Origin: Trichinella spiralis
Lineage: Eukaryota
Assembly (NCBI RefSeq): GCF_000181795.1
Contig: NW_003526948.1
Coordinates: forward strand, 133,438 to 176,052
Direction of reading: 5' to 3'
Length of the DNA: 42,615 bases
Shown: one piece after another, positions 14,810-27,637 of the stretch
How the letters are laid out: every line of letters begins with the position of its first letter
Position numbering within the stretch: the first letter of the stretch is position 1
Made by a program: the position numbers and the translations under genes
The notes under the pieces: model-generated
What the model saw: the letters and a program-made list of their open reading frames with translations, nothing else
What the model was told of the DNA's origin: nothing
Database searches by the model: none

Positions 14810-14854
14810 AAAGATCGGTGCTAATCTGCCTGGCAGGGGAGCACCAATCTTTTT
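14810..14854 (+). terminator. Terminal hairpin followed by T5 (candidate Pol III terminator)
   Basis: AAAGATCGGTGCT pairs with AGCACCAATCTTT (one mismatch) around an inner CTGC-CTG-GCAG stem-loop. TTTTT at 14850-14854 is the first oligo-T of 4 or more after the B box. Confidence 0.55.
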
Positions 14855-16202
14855 AGCATTAAATGGTTTGAAATGTTTTCAAAGTCGCTTGACAATATCG
14901 AATGATTTTATTTGAAATGCAAATAAATAATATGTTTACATTTCAATATGTTAATATCAACGAGTGTTGTTATTCACGTTCAAAGCGTTGCTTTCTTTTT
15001 TTTTGAATTTACTTTTAATATCATTAATTTGCTCAAATTTATAAAATAATTTAACCTGAAGAAAAAACATTTGTTGAGATCATGAGCAATAATTTTGAAT
15101 TAAAGCTATAAGTATTTGATTAAATTAATTGATTAAGTTGAATTTATTGATTTAAATGAATAGTTGTCTGTATTTTTTGAAATGAAGCTTCAGCAAACTT
15201 GTATGTCAAGCTTGTTCTATTGGTCAGCCGACGCGTCGTAGCATACACAGACAACTGTAGAGATGGGGAAACGATCCACGTTGCGTATTCAATCGTTTGT
15301 CATTAATTAATTATCAGAAAATCTATTTACAAAAATTTGGCGCTTCACTCGCATGATTTCTGTTGGCAATGAAAATTCAAATATTAAAATATATCCTACA
15401 TTTCATCAAATCATACTGTTAGTATTAACTTTATTCTGGATTTTATTCTATCTGTGCTGTTGAAGTGCTCATTTCTGGGCAATACATGAATTGCACAACG
15501 CATAAGTTTTTATTTGAAATTTTTATCTTTTTGTTTGCTTTTTTAGAGATTCCTGTTTGTATTTATTGAAACGGTATAAATTTGAATTAGTCTGTTCTTT
15601 CAAGCTTATGTGCGGCGTGATTGTTGTGTTGAGACAGCGTTAATGAATTAATAAATGCTTTTTTGAATGTTGCAAAATGGTATAAATTGAAATCATGGAC
15701 TTTGAACTGTCACCTTGAACTTGATTTTTCAGTAGGTAAACTGTAAGTTTTAGAATGCTTTTGACTGCATGCGTGAACGGGTAGATTTAGATTGGGATGA
15801 GTTCGGGTAAATTTGAAGAAAAAAAAGTGTAAAGATCTGTTGTGCAATCTGAAATCGACTTGATGTATTTGTTTTACGAAGCACTTGTACAACGTTGCGA
15901 GAAAAGATTTTTTTTAAATAATTGTTCTGTGCGATAGTCCGATAATATATAAATTTCCTTAACTGCTGAATGCATGTGTAAAAGGTTTTACACTAATGTT
16001 CTTTGTACACATTGAAAGTAAATGTTTTATTTATTTAACTGATTTATGCTTCGTTGTCCTGTATGGTTTACACTCGAAAAAGTATTGCTTGCGCAATAAT
16101 TATTGTTTTTTTCTTAAATGCGACATCAGCCACAATAGCTGAAATAGTTTTTTCAACTCATTTGTGTTATTATTTTAGAACAATTAATTTTCACCTGAAA
16201 AT

Positions 16203-16993
16203 ATGCCGCAGGTATTTTATGTTCCGAAGTCGAAGCAGCGTCATCCAGTAGATTTGAATAAGCCACCCAATTCGGCAGTTGACTATTTGCTGCAAGTTGC
16301 TGCTGAACGTGAACAATTGGAAAAGACTTTGTCCAGTGAAAGCAAAGGCGGGAAACAGAATTCTTCAACCGCCAAGTCGGTTGGAAAGCAGAACTTGGGC
16401 GACAGTGTTAGCCAAGAAGCTCCACAGCAGGAATCGGCTTTGTCTTATTGCAAGGTTGTTGAACATTTTGAAAAATTTCGGCTCCGCATTCCTAATCTGC
16501 GTAAAATTGCTTACCGTTTGGGAAATGTGGGCGATGTTTCATTGCCAAGTGCTGCGGATGAAAAAGGGTGGAAAAAATTCTTCACAGACATAGTTCATTC
16601 CGTAAGTACACTTTTCACTGCGTTGTGTTGTGTTTTTTGTTATCCACTTTGGAAACACCTTGCATAAATATTCAATTTTAGAAAAACTGTGAAAACAGCC
16701 TGCCGCTATTATCAATTGTATTGTCATTGGATGACAAACAAATTGAGCAGGCGATCATTCTAAGTTTATTTGTGCTATACTCCCACGGTTATGATCACAG
16801 TCTTTTGCAATGGCTTTATGCTCTTCTTGCTTTGACTTTTTTTCCATTTAGTGACCAATTTCGAATGAGAATGAAAGTTTTGAGCTCGTACTGTTCGATG
16901 AACAGAGATAAGCTCTTGAAAAGCAATCCCAAAGCAGCTCGCTCATTCATTGTTATTATGGAAATTGTGGAATACTTATTGCAACATTATTGA
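16203..16993 (+). CDS. GEMIN2: Gemin2 / SMN-interacting protein 1 (2 exons, ~236 aa)
   Basis: Exons 16203-16601 and 16682-16993 (phase-0 GT-AG intron). Motifs PPNSAVDYLLQVAAE, LPSAADEKGWKKF, PLLSIVLSLD and WLYALLA recall Gemin2 (PPxTxxEYLxxVxxE, PxxEDEEGWKKF, PLLSIV, WLYALLA). AATAAA at 17031. Confidence 0.8.
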
Positions 16994-18065
16994 AAAGTTT
17001 GGTGATTGAGAAAAAAAGCAAAAACTGCAAAATAAACGCATTTTACGTGAATTTTTTTGCTTTTTAGTATAAACCTTTATCATATTTTTTCTTATGCACT
17101 GGGAAAAAAATGTAGTAGCTGTTTTCTTTTTTAATTACAATTTTCACATTCTACTGTTAAAATATTTCAAAACCATCGATTTTCAATAACAATTTTATTA
17201 CTAAAATAGTTTCCTGCAAATGACAGCATTGATACTGTAACATACACCTGATCATCTTTTACTGTATTGTTTTACATTATTTTGAAATAAATATTTTTTA
17301 CAAAAAAATTAGCTTAGCGAATATTTTGATCAAACTGGTAAAATTTTGGTATTTTATTTTATCAATTGCGACTATTTTTAGTGCATTAAGTTTATCAGCA
17401 CTGAAATATATAAAATAGGATTCGTTTTTTATTTATTATGCTTTTTTCTGTTGAACAGCTTTTATCGTCTGATTGTACAGAATTTCCTTTTAATTTTTTG
17501 TAATAATTTTACGAATTTACTAATTCTTTTTTTAAATTTCAATTATCGAAAAGCAACGAATGCGCTTTTTATCACTTTTAGCGTGGCTCATTTCAAGAAA
17601 GTTAAATATTTCATTTCTGTGTAATTTTTTTCTGATATCACAGCGAAAGATTGCTTTTTGTGAAAACTTAACTGATGCTGTTTTTTTATAATTTTTTTTT
17701 ATTGTAAAACCAATGCAATGATAATTGTTTTCTGTGATTGGTTTGGTCAGCTTCATGTTTAGTAAAAGTGAAAGTGGTAGTCTTGTGCTTTTGCGTTGCT
17801 GAACACCAGTTGTTTCACTTTAGTTTTAAAAAGTTGGAAATGTTTTCTGCTTAAATTTGTTGCTAACCAGAAACGCAATTAATATTTCGTGTTGAACGGA
17901 CAATTGTGCAATCATTGCTGTTGAATGTTTATCATTGTTTTCCATACGGTGATAGAAAATATATTTACATTGATAATATAATTTACAAATAATATAAAAT
18001 GTATTACAATTTTGAGTTTATTTTTTATTTCGACTTTGATGAAGATGTGAAGCAGTCAATGCTTT

Positions 18066-18067
<2 letters not shown>

Positions 18068-18102
<35 letters not shown>
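18068..18102. repeat. (GT)n microsatellite
   Basis: About 17 perfect GT units. Confidence 0.95.
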
Positions 18103-18104
<2 letters not shown>

Positions 18105-21100
18105 TGTGTTGAGAATGCAATGTGGTCAATGCAAATCAGCTTGCATTATTTATGTTAACAATACTAGTTGTAATCACGTAAAAATATTTGAAGATGAAAG
18201 CCAAATTGATTTGCATTTAAGTTATTAAAGAGTGTATGTTCAATAAATGCTTTTAAAAAATTTGCTCAACAGGCGAAAACTGATTTCTGATGTATATGTT
18301 ATGTTATATTTCATTTCAAATAATGCCGATTATATTAAAATTTTGTTTCAAAAATAAGATGAACATTATTTTTCTTGTTCTTTTTTTATTTTTCCAAATT
18401 CAAATTTTATCTTATTTTAATAAAATGAATAAATAATTTTTTGACAAGTCTGTTGCTTGGAAGTTTTGTTGTTGTTGGTGGTTTAGATTGAGAAAGTGAA
18501 GAGAAGGAAATTTTCTTTTGTGATGCTTTTACAGATGCTAAAAGCAGTGCAATTAACACAGCAGGAAGTTTGCAGCAGGCATCAGTGTATTTTTGTTTTG
18601 TTCATTGTACTGTTGAAGTAACTGATTACGTCAACTTGAAACAAGAAGTTGTCTGCTTGATTTTTGATTAATATTCTTCTCTTTCTTCTTAATCTTAATC
18701 TTCCATGTAACATGTAATTATATAATTAAAAAAATGAGCGTTATTTATTCAAATTTTAAATAATGATGATTTATTATTCTTGTTGTTTTCTCTTGACATT
18801 TGTCAAAGTAGAAATCACAAGTAGAATAGGCAATTAACTTATTTGCATAAATACATTATTGGATCGTTGAGAGATTGGTGTGCAATTGTGCGTGAAGCAG
18901 TAATGATTTAAGGTTGTAATTTTTGCTTGTCACTGACCCAAATTAGTGATTTTATTGCATAGTTTTGGCAAACTGGATTCTGTATCATCCAGTATACTAA
19001 CAGAACCTACAAGCTATTATTATTATTATTATTATTCATATTGTTGATCAGATGAATCATAATTTGAAATTGATTATGATTTTTTCCTTGTAAACTTCTA
19101 CTTTTCTATAAAAGTATCTTAAAATTGTACTAAAGTGAACAAGTATCTTATTTCTTTTTTGTTTTGTACGGTGATATCTAAATTTTGTTTTTGGCAATGA
19201 GCGAGATGGCAAAATTTGAATGAAAAAAAGCAATAATTCTAGTATTTTCATATTTTTCCAGTCGACTGAATATTCTTTTTTTCAAATAGGAATATTTTCC
19301 CCCATGTCCCATTTCCAAAGCGTGTGAAATAGCATTGCTGTGAATGGGTTGTTCGTAATTTTTGCCTGTTGTTGCAGGCTGTTTTACATTTCACTTCAAC
19401 AACAGGCAATTCAAAAATACCACCAGCATGCTAACTAAGATTTTGGCTGCTTTTTTTTAAATTCATTCTTACGTCAAGACTTTCTGTGCACCCGTGGATG
19501 AAGGAAATGGATTGTAGTGATTTTATCTTTGCTTTTTTTTATTAACGCAAATCGCCCTCTATTCAAAATTTCTTAACGGCTAAACTGTAAAAGCTTTGCC
19601 ATTATTGTCCAATTTGAGACGTTGATTAATCAATTTCTGTTTTATTTTTCGTGTTCTCTCAAGTGGAAAGGCAATAATTTGTAGTCAATATTAAAGATTA
19701 AACACATTTTTAAAAGCATAGGTATTTTTTGAATCTGTATTTTAATAACGTCACAGGCAGGCAGGTTGGTAAAGCTTATTATTATTACTGTTGTTGTTGT
19801 TGTTATAAACGTAGCGTTAACATACGATTGTAACTATAAACGATTGTAGGTAGTTGAACCTGCCGTAACGAGGTTAAGGAGAGTCGACAGTCTGGGCTTA
19901 ATTTCCAATAGAAAATATTGGTGTGTAACACACCTGCTTACTGGTGTTGCTTTGACGCTCTGCTTCGAAAATCAGTATCCTCTGCAACTGGTAATTTATT
20001 ATTAAAATAAGTTCATTTTATTAACCGCAAAATTGCAAATTATGGAACGTTTTCTTTTTCTATTCTCTAATTAACATGAACAATCGAAGAAAACTGTCTT
20101 TTGATGCGATGAATCTTTTGAAATTGATTTTGTCAGAAATTGTTTCTTCTGATAAAATTGAAGAGGAAGAATGAAAAACTTTTTGGTGTTTGCACTCATT
20201 TAAATTTATTTTATTATTTATTCGATGAAGTTACTAATTTTGAATGTCCTCGTCTAATTTCATTTTATTTACACTTGTTGTGAATCATTGTATTCGAAAA
20301 AGCATGCAAAAGTCTACCTGAACTGGAAAATGATTTCTGACTGATTTTTCATGCAAATTTTATTCAAATTCAACTCTGACGTGTTTGCTTGATGTTGAAA
20401 ATGAAAATTGTACTTGAGCATCTGATTTGGTTGTTCCAATTCTTGTTTGTCATCGAAATGCAGTTTGATGACCGCGTAGGTTTTTCACTTCCGAACAGCA
20501 TCAAGCTCGGTAACGATTTTACAGTGCTATTTGAGCAAACTGACTATTGGTTGAATTGTTTAGTGGCCGAGTGATTTGATTTCATCAAGACAAACAGCTG
20601 CATCCATTTTGGAACAATTCCATTTCACGTAATTGTTGCATTCATTTTTAAATGATTATTCATATTCATATTCACAACTTTTCCTTTTCAAAGCCATAAA
20701 CTTGAATTAGTTTATCTTGTTTTCACATATTGAAGCAAAGACGATTCCAACGATTCTAGTTCATTTGCTAGTAGATCATCAGCTTTTTATACAGCAACAT
20801 CTTGCACGTTGTAAAAGTTAGCTAACTAGCTAGATGGCTGGTTGTAAAGTGAAAATTGTTTAAACTTGTTCTTTGTTATTTTGATAAACCACACACAGAA
20901 TGTGATTGCATACATATTTTATCTTAATTTGATTCTATATCCTGTTATGTTCTTGTTTTGAATTAAAAATAAATGAATAAATCAACACACACACACACAC
21001 ACATGTATAAATTTATTGAAATTTTCTTTTGTAAAGTTCAAGTTAAATAATCAATTATCGTTTGTTAAGGTTGCTGTCAATGCTTATCATATATGTTGAT

Positions 21101-22980
21101 TGATTTTTGACTTGCTATGATATATTTCATAGTTACAAATTCAATTATCCATTATTGCACTGTTGCTGCGGTTCATTAGCTTGGCAGGATACGATGTGCC
21201 TAGTAAATATATCCATCTTCTATGCAATATTTTTCCTGATTAGTCCAATTTGATTTTTTTAAAGATATTTTTATCTCTTTTTCAAGTGCAATACTAACAT
21301 TTATTTATGCAAAATGTTAAGGGAATTTTACGATGACACATAAGCTGTGTGCTTGTGTGTTTTTTCATTTCGATTGTTTCTTTTATTTAATTTTTGTTAA
21401 CATTGTAATTATTGGGGAAAACATAGTAGATGAGAAAAATTACTTGAACTGGGTTAGCGTTGTGCTGATTGTGTGCACTGCTATATTGTTATTATCATCA
21501 TCATCATTATTATTATTATTATAAGCTAGAGAAAAAGCAAGCATGATTCCAATCAACTGTTTTTGTGATTGGCAGTCATTTGTTAAAAAAAAGTCCATTG
21601 TTCTCTTTGATTGGCAAGAAATATTTTCCCCAGTAGTATTACGCAAAGCCAGCCAGATTAATGCGGTTTTCTCTTCTTGTCTTTTATGAAGTAAATGTTC
21701 TGTTTTTTGGCATATGTAAATATCATGTATGTGTGTGTGTGTGCGTGTAGAATTTTCAAAATATTCAATTTATTCTTATTCCGAAGTTTTGCAGTCATCA
21801 CGTGCAGAAGTAATGATGAAATTTTGAATTCCATTCATTCTTTGCTTCACTTCACTTTTCAAAATTCGAAAATGCATTTCGTTTTCATTGCATAATTTAA
21901 CATATCCATCTGCATATTATTCATATTTTTCTTTTTCAATTTTCTCAATCATCGAATGACTTTTTTTTAATGATAATGATGGTGGTTTTTTCTTCTGCTT
22001 TCTGTATCGTTTATTTTGTTTGTTTGTTTGTTTGTTTGTTTCATTGTATCCACCGCTTTTGCCTTCAAGAATGTATCCAAATTGTGATGTGGCGTTGGCA
22101 AAATTTACGTAACTGATTGTTGACGGCTGTGAGTGAATGCTGAAGCAGAAATTAACACTGGTCGCTGAGGGAATTGGTTAATTAAAATCAGCACGTCCGT
22201 TTGATCGATTGTTTATTTACGATTGTATATTTCAATTTCATGATTTCAATTTGAGAATTTATTGCTTACCACATAGCAAGAAATGATTCTAATCACTGGC
22301 GGGCGTGTGTGTATGTGAGGGGAGGGGGGATTATTGGTTATTTTCATTTTGCTTAATCATCATTTATTTATTTCATTTTTCATATATAAAATTCATTTGA
22401 ATATGGTTTGATCAATTGAACGTTGAAGCGGATTTGTTTGTACTGATCAAGTTCGCGCTAGTTGACGTTGAAGGCTGAGCAGAAATTTAAATATTTCTCG
22501 TTAATGCAAAATTTGATCGGCAAGCATTTTGGAGATTGATTAATTTATTTGTTATTTATTTAACGTTGATTTGATTCGATTGCAATGGCAATTTTTCATC
22601 GTTATGCTTATAAAAGGTGAAGAATTTTGTAGAATCAGTTCAAGCGTGGGATGACATTTTTCATTTGAACAAATTTGCAAAGAATTTTTGTAAAGAGCAG
22701 TTCGCAGTTTCACTGAACCACCTCCGAGAAAATCCTCTTTGTCTTTTAGCAATCGTATCTAAAGACTTTGAAAAATGCTATCGCACAAATGACAGTTTTA
22801 CTTGTTGACATTCTGCGTTTACTAGAAAATATTTATTTCATCGGTCACATGAAAAGAAATTGCCGAAAGTGTTTGCTTTTAAAATTAGCTTAGCGTTATT
22901 CCAATAATATTTCAATTCAGCATTTGAATTTGAATAATTTTTTTCTTGATTTGTAGAATTTTCAATAATTCAATTGAAGA

Positions 22981-24931
22981 ATGGAAATGAAAACTGATTG
23001 TCGTTGTCCGTTTTTGTTGCTTTACTATTGTGTGCTTTCGTTTGTTTGTGCCGTGCTTTGGTCGGCTGTTCACGTGCTGGGCAACGGTGTGAATATTACT
23101 GTCGTGCCTGAGGTGATCAGCTCGATCAAGGAGAATGAAAATCAGACAGTAATTGTACATTTCCAAAGGGACGACGATCTCGACAAATGTGAAATCCAAT
23201 GTTCCAACAAGCTGAATTTGAGCCTTCAAACTTCGACCCCTGATTTGATCGACATCACCAATCCGAAGAAGTTCAGCTCGCATGCTGCTGCTTCTGATTA
23301 TGACTATTCACTCACCACCACCAATGATACGGTTCAAAATTCTTCATCCCAGCTGATTCAGCTGGATTTGGAACATTTTGACGAGATCACTTTTACGATT
23401 AATGGAAAATTTTTGGGTAGAGCTGTTGTCCAATTGGATGTTGTCTGCTTGGACGACGAGGGAATTGAACACAACTTTACGCTCAATTATCCCGTGCCTG
23501 TGATACGTGCCGATTCGAAACTTGGATACATTTTTGTCGGTGTATTGTCAGTATTACTTTGTTTGGCTAATTTTCTCATGTCAGCTGAAATTAATCCGCG
23601 CACAGTGTGGAAAGTCATCAAACGACCAGTAGCTCCTGCAATAGGACTATTTTGTCAATTTTTTGCCATGCCCTTGGTAAGAGCAAATACAAAATGATTT
23701 TGTCTTTTTCGTTCAAATTTATATTTCAGATCTCATTTGGAGTTGCGCAGGTCGCGTTTGTTCCATACGGTCTGACTGCCATGGGTCTTGGACTGTTCAC
23801 GGCTGGTTGTAGTCCAGGCGGCGGAGCTTCGAATGCTTACACATATCTGCTTGACGGCAATATCGATCTCTCAGTTACGATGACATTTCTCAGTACCGTA
23901 TTTGCTTACGGTATGCTTAGGGGGAGAAACGAAATGAGAACACGAAATTTCCATTTCATTTCTTTTTATTTATTTTCAACTGCTATTTTTAGGTTTCATG
24001 CCATTGTGGATATATCTACTAGGGCCGTACATTGTGGAAACGGACGCTTTGAGAAGTATTCAAATTCCACATCGCAATATTGGCATATCTCTGCTGTTGT
24101 TATTGGTTCCTGTAAATTTGGGCATACTGTTGTGGCATTTGAAGCCATCATGGGGCCAAAAGGCTAAGAAGGTCTACAATCAAGCATAATATTAATTAGC
24201 AATTAATATTGCTGTAAATAATATTATTGCGTTCAGGTTTTGCGTCCATTTTTTGTCATCATCATTGTTTTCATTTGCACATTCGGAGTTTACAGCAATT
24301 TGTACATGTTCAAATTGATGTCTTTACGTTCAATGATCGCCGGTCTGTGCGTTCCATGGCTAGGCTTCATGACTGGGTTTGTTTTGGCATGGCTGCTTAA
24401 ACAACCACGTGAAAACATCGTAGCAATATCACTTGAAACTGGAATTCAAAATACAGGCATTGCAATTGTACTATTGCAGGTGAGTAAAATCATTGTACGC
24501 TTGTTTCTAATTGACAAATGAAGCTATTTTTTTCTTTTGCTTTTCAGCTTTCATTCCCAAAGCCAGATTCTGAAATTGCATCAGTGATGCCAGTAATTGT
24601 TGCGTTGTTTACACCGGTACCAGTGCTGATTGCTCTGATCTTATACTATGGAAAGTCAATTTTTTGGAAAGTTCTTGAAGGTTGAATTTAAGCAACAAAA
24701 ATAATAATAATAACTACAAAATATCCCTAATATATAGCTTGATGCGAATTTTCAGGCATACCTTGCGTCAATAATTGTCCAGGTAATAGCAGTGAGAAAG
24801 GCAGAAAATTGAACATTGATTCAAGTTTGGACGGTACCGTCTCAGTGCCTGACGAAGTGAATTCTGTCGACGGGATGTCTGTCAATGGAAAAACGGCCGA
24901 TTCTCAGAGCATGATATTCATCAAGCGCTGA
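22981..24931 (+). CDS. SLC10 sodium/bile-acid cotransporter family protein with N-terminal extracellular domain (SLC10A3/A5, P3-like), 6 exons
   Basis: Exons 22981-23676, 23730-23910, 23993-24171, 24237-24479, 24548-24680, 24756-24931. SBF motifs KRPVAPAIGLFCQFFAMPL, GCSPGGGASN, LDGNIDLSVTMT, MPLWIYLLG and AISLETGIQNTGIA. Hydrophobic leader plus a long luminal N-domain with NxT/S sites. Confidence 0.93.
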
Positions 24932-27521
24932 TTTTGAATTTGAAAAATGTAGAGGAAAATGATTCATATTTTCAAATTATGCTGTTTTCACTTTTCTTCA
25001 TTTATCATCAAACTGCCTGCCGTTGGTGTGAATATGCATGGAAGGTTGACTGCTTTCCTCTGCTTGTTGCTGTTGGTTTTGTGTTTTAGAAAAAAAATAA
25101 GCACTGGTCAGCATTGGTCTTCTGTAATTCATTACCATATCTAGAAAAGGCAGCAATCACACAGCCAGCCGCACCACCACTACCAAATCACTATTTCAGC
25201 TGATATGAAATGTGTAGCTTTTATTGTTGAATAAAGTTTCACATTTATTGATTATTTTTATTTTTCTATTTTGACGGGCTTTTTGCATTGCCAGTTAGTT
25301 GTGAGAGCAGTTTCTGTTACGAAGAAAAAAACGGCACCGTCATTGGCCTTGCACGCATCACTCATTCACTCATTGCTCAATAGTGAAGCAGCAACAATCT
25401 TTCAAGCGATGCGATGATTGATTGATTGGAAACAAATTTTAAACTTCAACTTTTTTACATACATCTGTGACCAAGCTGAGTCGGGGAAAATTCTCATCCT
25501 TCAATGTAGAAAATGATTTGTCACACGCGCGCGCACACACACACACACTTTTGCAGCAAAATCTTTTGCTGATTTGTATCCGATACTGACAGAAAGACAG
25601 GCAAACATATGTGCTCATGATATTGAATGAAAATGACAACAAAGGCGAACTTCATATATGCTTGTGTGCATTCACAGTATGTTGTGTTGAATAACTGAAG
25701 ATGAAAGATTTTTAAATATCCATTATTGCTCTGCTGCACCGAATATTGCCCTGCAGGAAAGTGCTGCGTCGCTTTAACCGCTAGGCAAGGGAAATTCAGA
25801 GAGGTTGCCTCGCTACAGAGGAAGAACAAACAAAATTTGCTTCAATATAGGCACAGCACTGTTTGATTGGTGTCTAGAAATAGCTCGTATTAAATCAAGA
25901 ATAATTTTTCTTCAATTATTAACAATATGGAATAATTTCAAAAAGAAATGTTTCGTTTCAATATCTGAAAAGTATCTGTTGCTCAAGATTTTCACAATGT
26001 GGTCACTCACACACACGCACCACGAATTGCAGCACTGGATTCGAGCAATTTTGAATCAATGAAGACATTTGAAAGAAGGTAAATTATAACCAAAAATTAA
26101 ATTATTTTACGTTTTTTAATTATACAATTTGCTAATTTTCAAGAATAATGCCACCAACTTATGTTCTTTTTGTTTTGTCTTCAGCTTCTCTTATTATTTA
26201 AAAAATATGAAAAAGCAGCAGTTTTAAGATAAAATTTTGTTTTCATATTTTAAAATACTTATATATTTTTTTAAATATTTACTACTACATTTCATTTCAT
26301 TGTTTGCACAACAATAACAGATGGGGCATTATTTGAATTCGGGATTTCGTGGAAAAATAGTTTATTTTATTCATTTATTTCAAAAAGTCATTTTATCCCT
26401 ATTTCTGAGCAATTTGAAATGTTTGGGTTTCTGTTGAAGGAAGAAATTTATTATAAAACAGAGCAAAACGTATGGACGAACAACAGCAGCAACAGCTTTG
26501 CCACAACATATTCATCCATATGGCAAATGTTACACAGTGTTCGGATTTTGTTTATAAATGAATTGTTACGAAAAGCGTATATTTTGCAAAAGATGAAAGA
26601 TAACAAAGAAGCATCTACTGTTGTTAATATTCAAATGGTACTGATTTCAGTTGGTGATAATGATAACTTTCCACATAGCCGTAGTGAGGGTTGCAAAGAA
26701 AGCATCTTGCATGCTATGTTTTTCAAATAACAGGGCTGTCTGTCAATTTTGGAAAAGTTTTGCAAATGAGCAAATTATTTAGAAAGTAGCCTGTTTTTGA
26801 GTCACACCCATCTCTGTTCTGTTCTGTTCCGTTCTGTTCTGTTCTAGCATGCAGTTGCAATTGATGACGTCACTTTATTATTATTAATAAGAATTTCTGG
26901 GAACATTTTATAATGGAAAAAGGTATTTCATGAAAATATTTTTTACAGAATATTGTTGTTCATTTTGTCCGCATATTTAAGCAGCTAAAAGATGACGTGT
27001 TGTTTTTTTTTCATTAATGTTATCACATTGATCAGTAAAATGATAGAGTTTCAAAAAATAAAACAAACATCTCTTCACTATATGAATGAGATGCAGCTGA
27101 AATTTGCCTCTTTGAACTGCACAAAAGAGAAAAATCAAGGAAACACGAACAACAATGCTCGAACTTTGATACTATACAAAAACGTTGCAAGCAATTAAAC
27201 ATCACCAGTGGCATATCCGACATTCTGCTTTTTGCTTTTGTTCAGCTTTAATTTTATTGAAATTTAAAAAGAAATCAAAATGTACATACAATGTGATATT
27301 TGTTGGATGATTTGTTTAGGATTGTTGGTTATTTTATTTTAAAATACATTTATTGTGTCTTATTATAATCGGTTGAAAAAAAAGATTTCAAAACAAGAGA
27401 CTATTGTTTATTGATCAGTAGCTCGATTCACTTAGCTAATCGATAACAGCGATACAATTAATCATTGTTTATAAATCTCACTCCCAATGAGCTAAGGCTG
27501 TATAAAATTTACATTTCAAAA

Positions 27522-27637
27522 AGAGACAGAGAGAGAGAGAGAGAGAGCGAGAGAATATATCATTGTATTTAAGTGTATATAATTTGATTTTTATACCGAA
27601 TATGGTGAAATAGAATAGGAATAGGAATAGGAACAGG
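27522..27637. repeat. (AG)n and (GGAATA)n simple repeats upstream of CBF-beta
   Basis: AG dinucleotide run 27522-27554 and GAATAG-type hexamer repeats ~27609-27637. Confidence 0.85.

Larger units (their letters stand above)
14433..14854 (+). ncRNA. Putative RNA polymerase III-transcribed structured RNA with tRNA-type internal promoter (alternative: tRNA-derived SINE)
   Basis: GC-enriched island in AT-rich DNA. A box TGGCGTAGTGG 14444-14454, B box GTTCGATTCC 14491-14500, no run of 4 or more T until T5 at 14850-14854. Multiple helices, including a 5' hairpin 14433-14443/14472-14482 and a 3' hairpin 14810-14822/14840-14852. Confidence 0.6.

Noticed and set aside
14433..14854. RNase P/MRP, SRP RNA, telomerase RNA or self-cleaving ribozyme identity for the Pol III element
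   Set aside because: GGAAAGTTC resembles CR-I but has no matching P4/CR-V partner. There is no SRP helix-8 CAGG-GNRA-AGCAG. There is no GCCTAA/CCCTAA template, and AAGCTAAGC at ~14517 lies partly in a stem. Hammerhead and twister cores are incomplete. Only an Rfam search can exclude these formally.
10397..16993. Operon linking GALK2 and Gemin2
   Set aside because: Same strand but 3.3 kb apart with an intervening Pol III-type element, far longer than typical intercistronic spacing.
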